Shown piece after piece: positions 63,467 to 64,000 of a DNA stretch of 64,000 bases. The position numbers and the translations under genes are program-made. Numbering within the stretch: position 1 is the stretch's first letter; every line of letters starts with the position of its first letter. Source of the DNA: Squalus acanthias (taxonomy: Eukaryota); assembly GCA_030390025.1 (NCBI GenBank), contig CM059432.1:87608001-87672000 (forward strand). Direction: 5' to 3'. The notes below the pieces were generated by a model. The model had not been told where the DNA came from and made no database searches. It saw only the letters and a program-made list of their open reading frames with translations.

Positions 63467-64000
63467 TGTCGAGCGTATTGTTCAAATACAAGTTTATTAC
63501 TCAGACGCCAATAGTATAATAACTTACGGTTATACAATAAACTCATACAACCTGGTTTCCTGCAGACCCAAGGTGATCAAGCTTGACTTTCATAGGTGTT
63601 GGCCTTCCGACTGTCCCATGAGCTCTAACTACACGATGGCTGTTACCTGTTCTTATGTATCTCTCTTTACCCATCTGTCACATGTCCAAAAGACCTTCCA
63701 TACATCCTTAAAGGATTTTCCCCTTTAATATGAGTCATATCACATGATACCCAGAATGTATATTGAAGTGAGGTTCCTTCTCACCAAACCTCCAGACCTT
63801 GATGGTTTAATTGCTAATCAATTTAACCTGATGTTTCCTGCCTAACGTTATAGGAGATGCCCTGGACAATCCCAGATAGTTAATGTGATTACTGGCTGGC
63901 CTATTCATCAGTTTTCTGCCCATCCATTGTTCCAGCTAACCTCCAATATTAATACATATCCTTATCTGACAATGACCTTAAGATGTGATTAACTTTGATG
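63467..64000 (-). mobile_element. Possible LTR running off the right edge
   Basis: Begins TGT with a minus-strand AATAAA ~30 bp inside; other end and TSD not visible. Confidence 0.3.

Overview
Eukaryotic, repeat-saturated DNA with no recognisable host protein-coding gene. The TE families present (CR1, L2, RTE, Penelope-like, a Deu-type tRNA-SINE, PIF/Harbinger) suggest a vertebrate, most likely a cartilaginous fish (inference). The window opens with a 3.4-kb G-rich minisatellite. The main feature is an apparently fully intact 4,216-bp autonomous two-gene PIF/Harbinger transposon (17685-21900). It has 12-bp TIRs, a 3-bp AAA TSD, an uninterrupted 386-aa DDE transposase on +, and a convergent 3-exon 458-aa Myb/SANT-like partner gene on - with canonical splice sites. 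Around it are at least six decayed Harbinger relics and several MITEs, one sharing 16 identical terminal bases with it. Other points of interest: three minimal hammerhead ribozyme motifs in Penelope-like termini; a TSD-flanked 104-bp retroposed piece starting at the predicted hammerhead cleavage site; two ~1.6-kb solo LTRs sharing a conserved U5 hairpin motif; a 59-bp-arm CR1 fold-back; and deeply nested insertions. Coordinates were counted by eye and boundaries of decayed elements are approximate.
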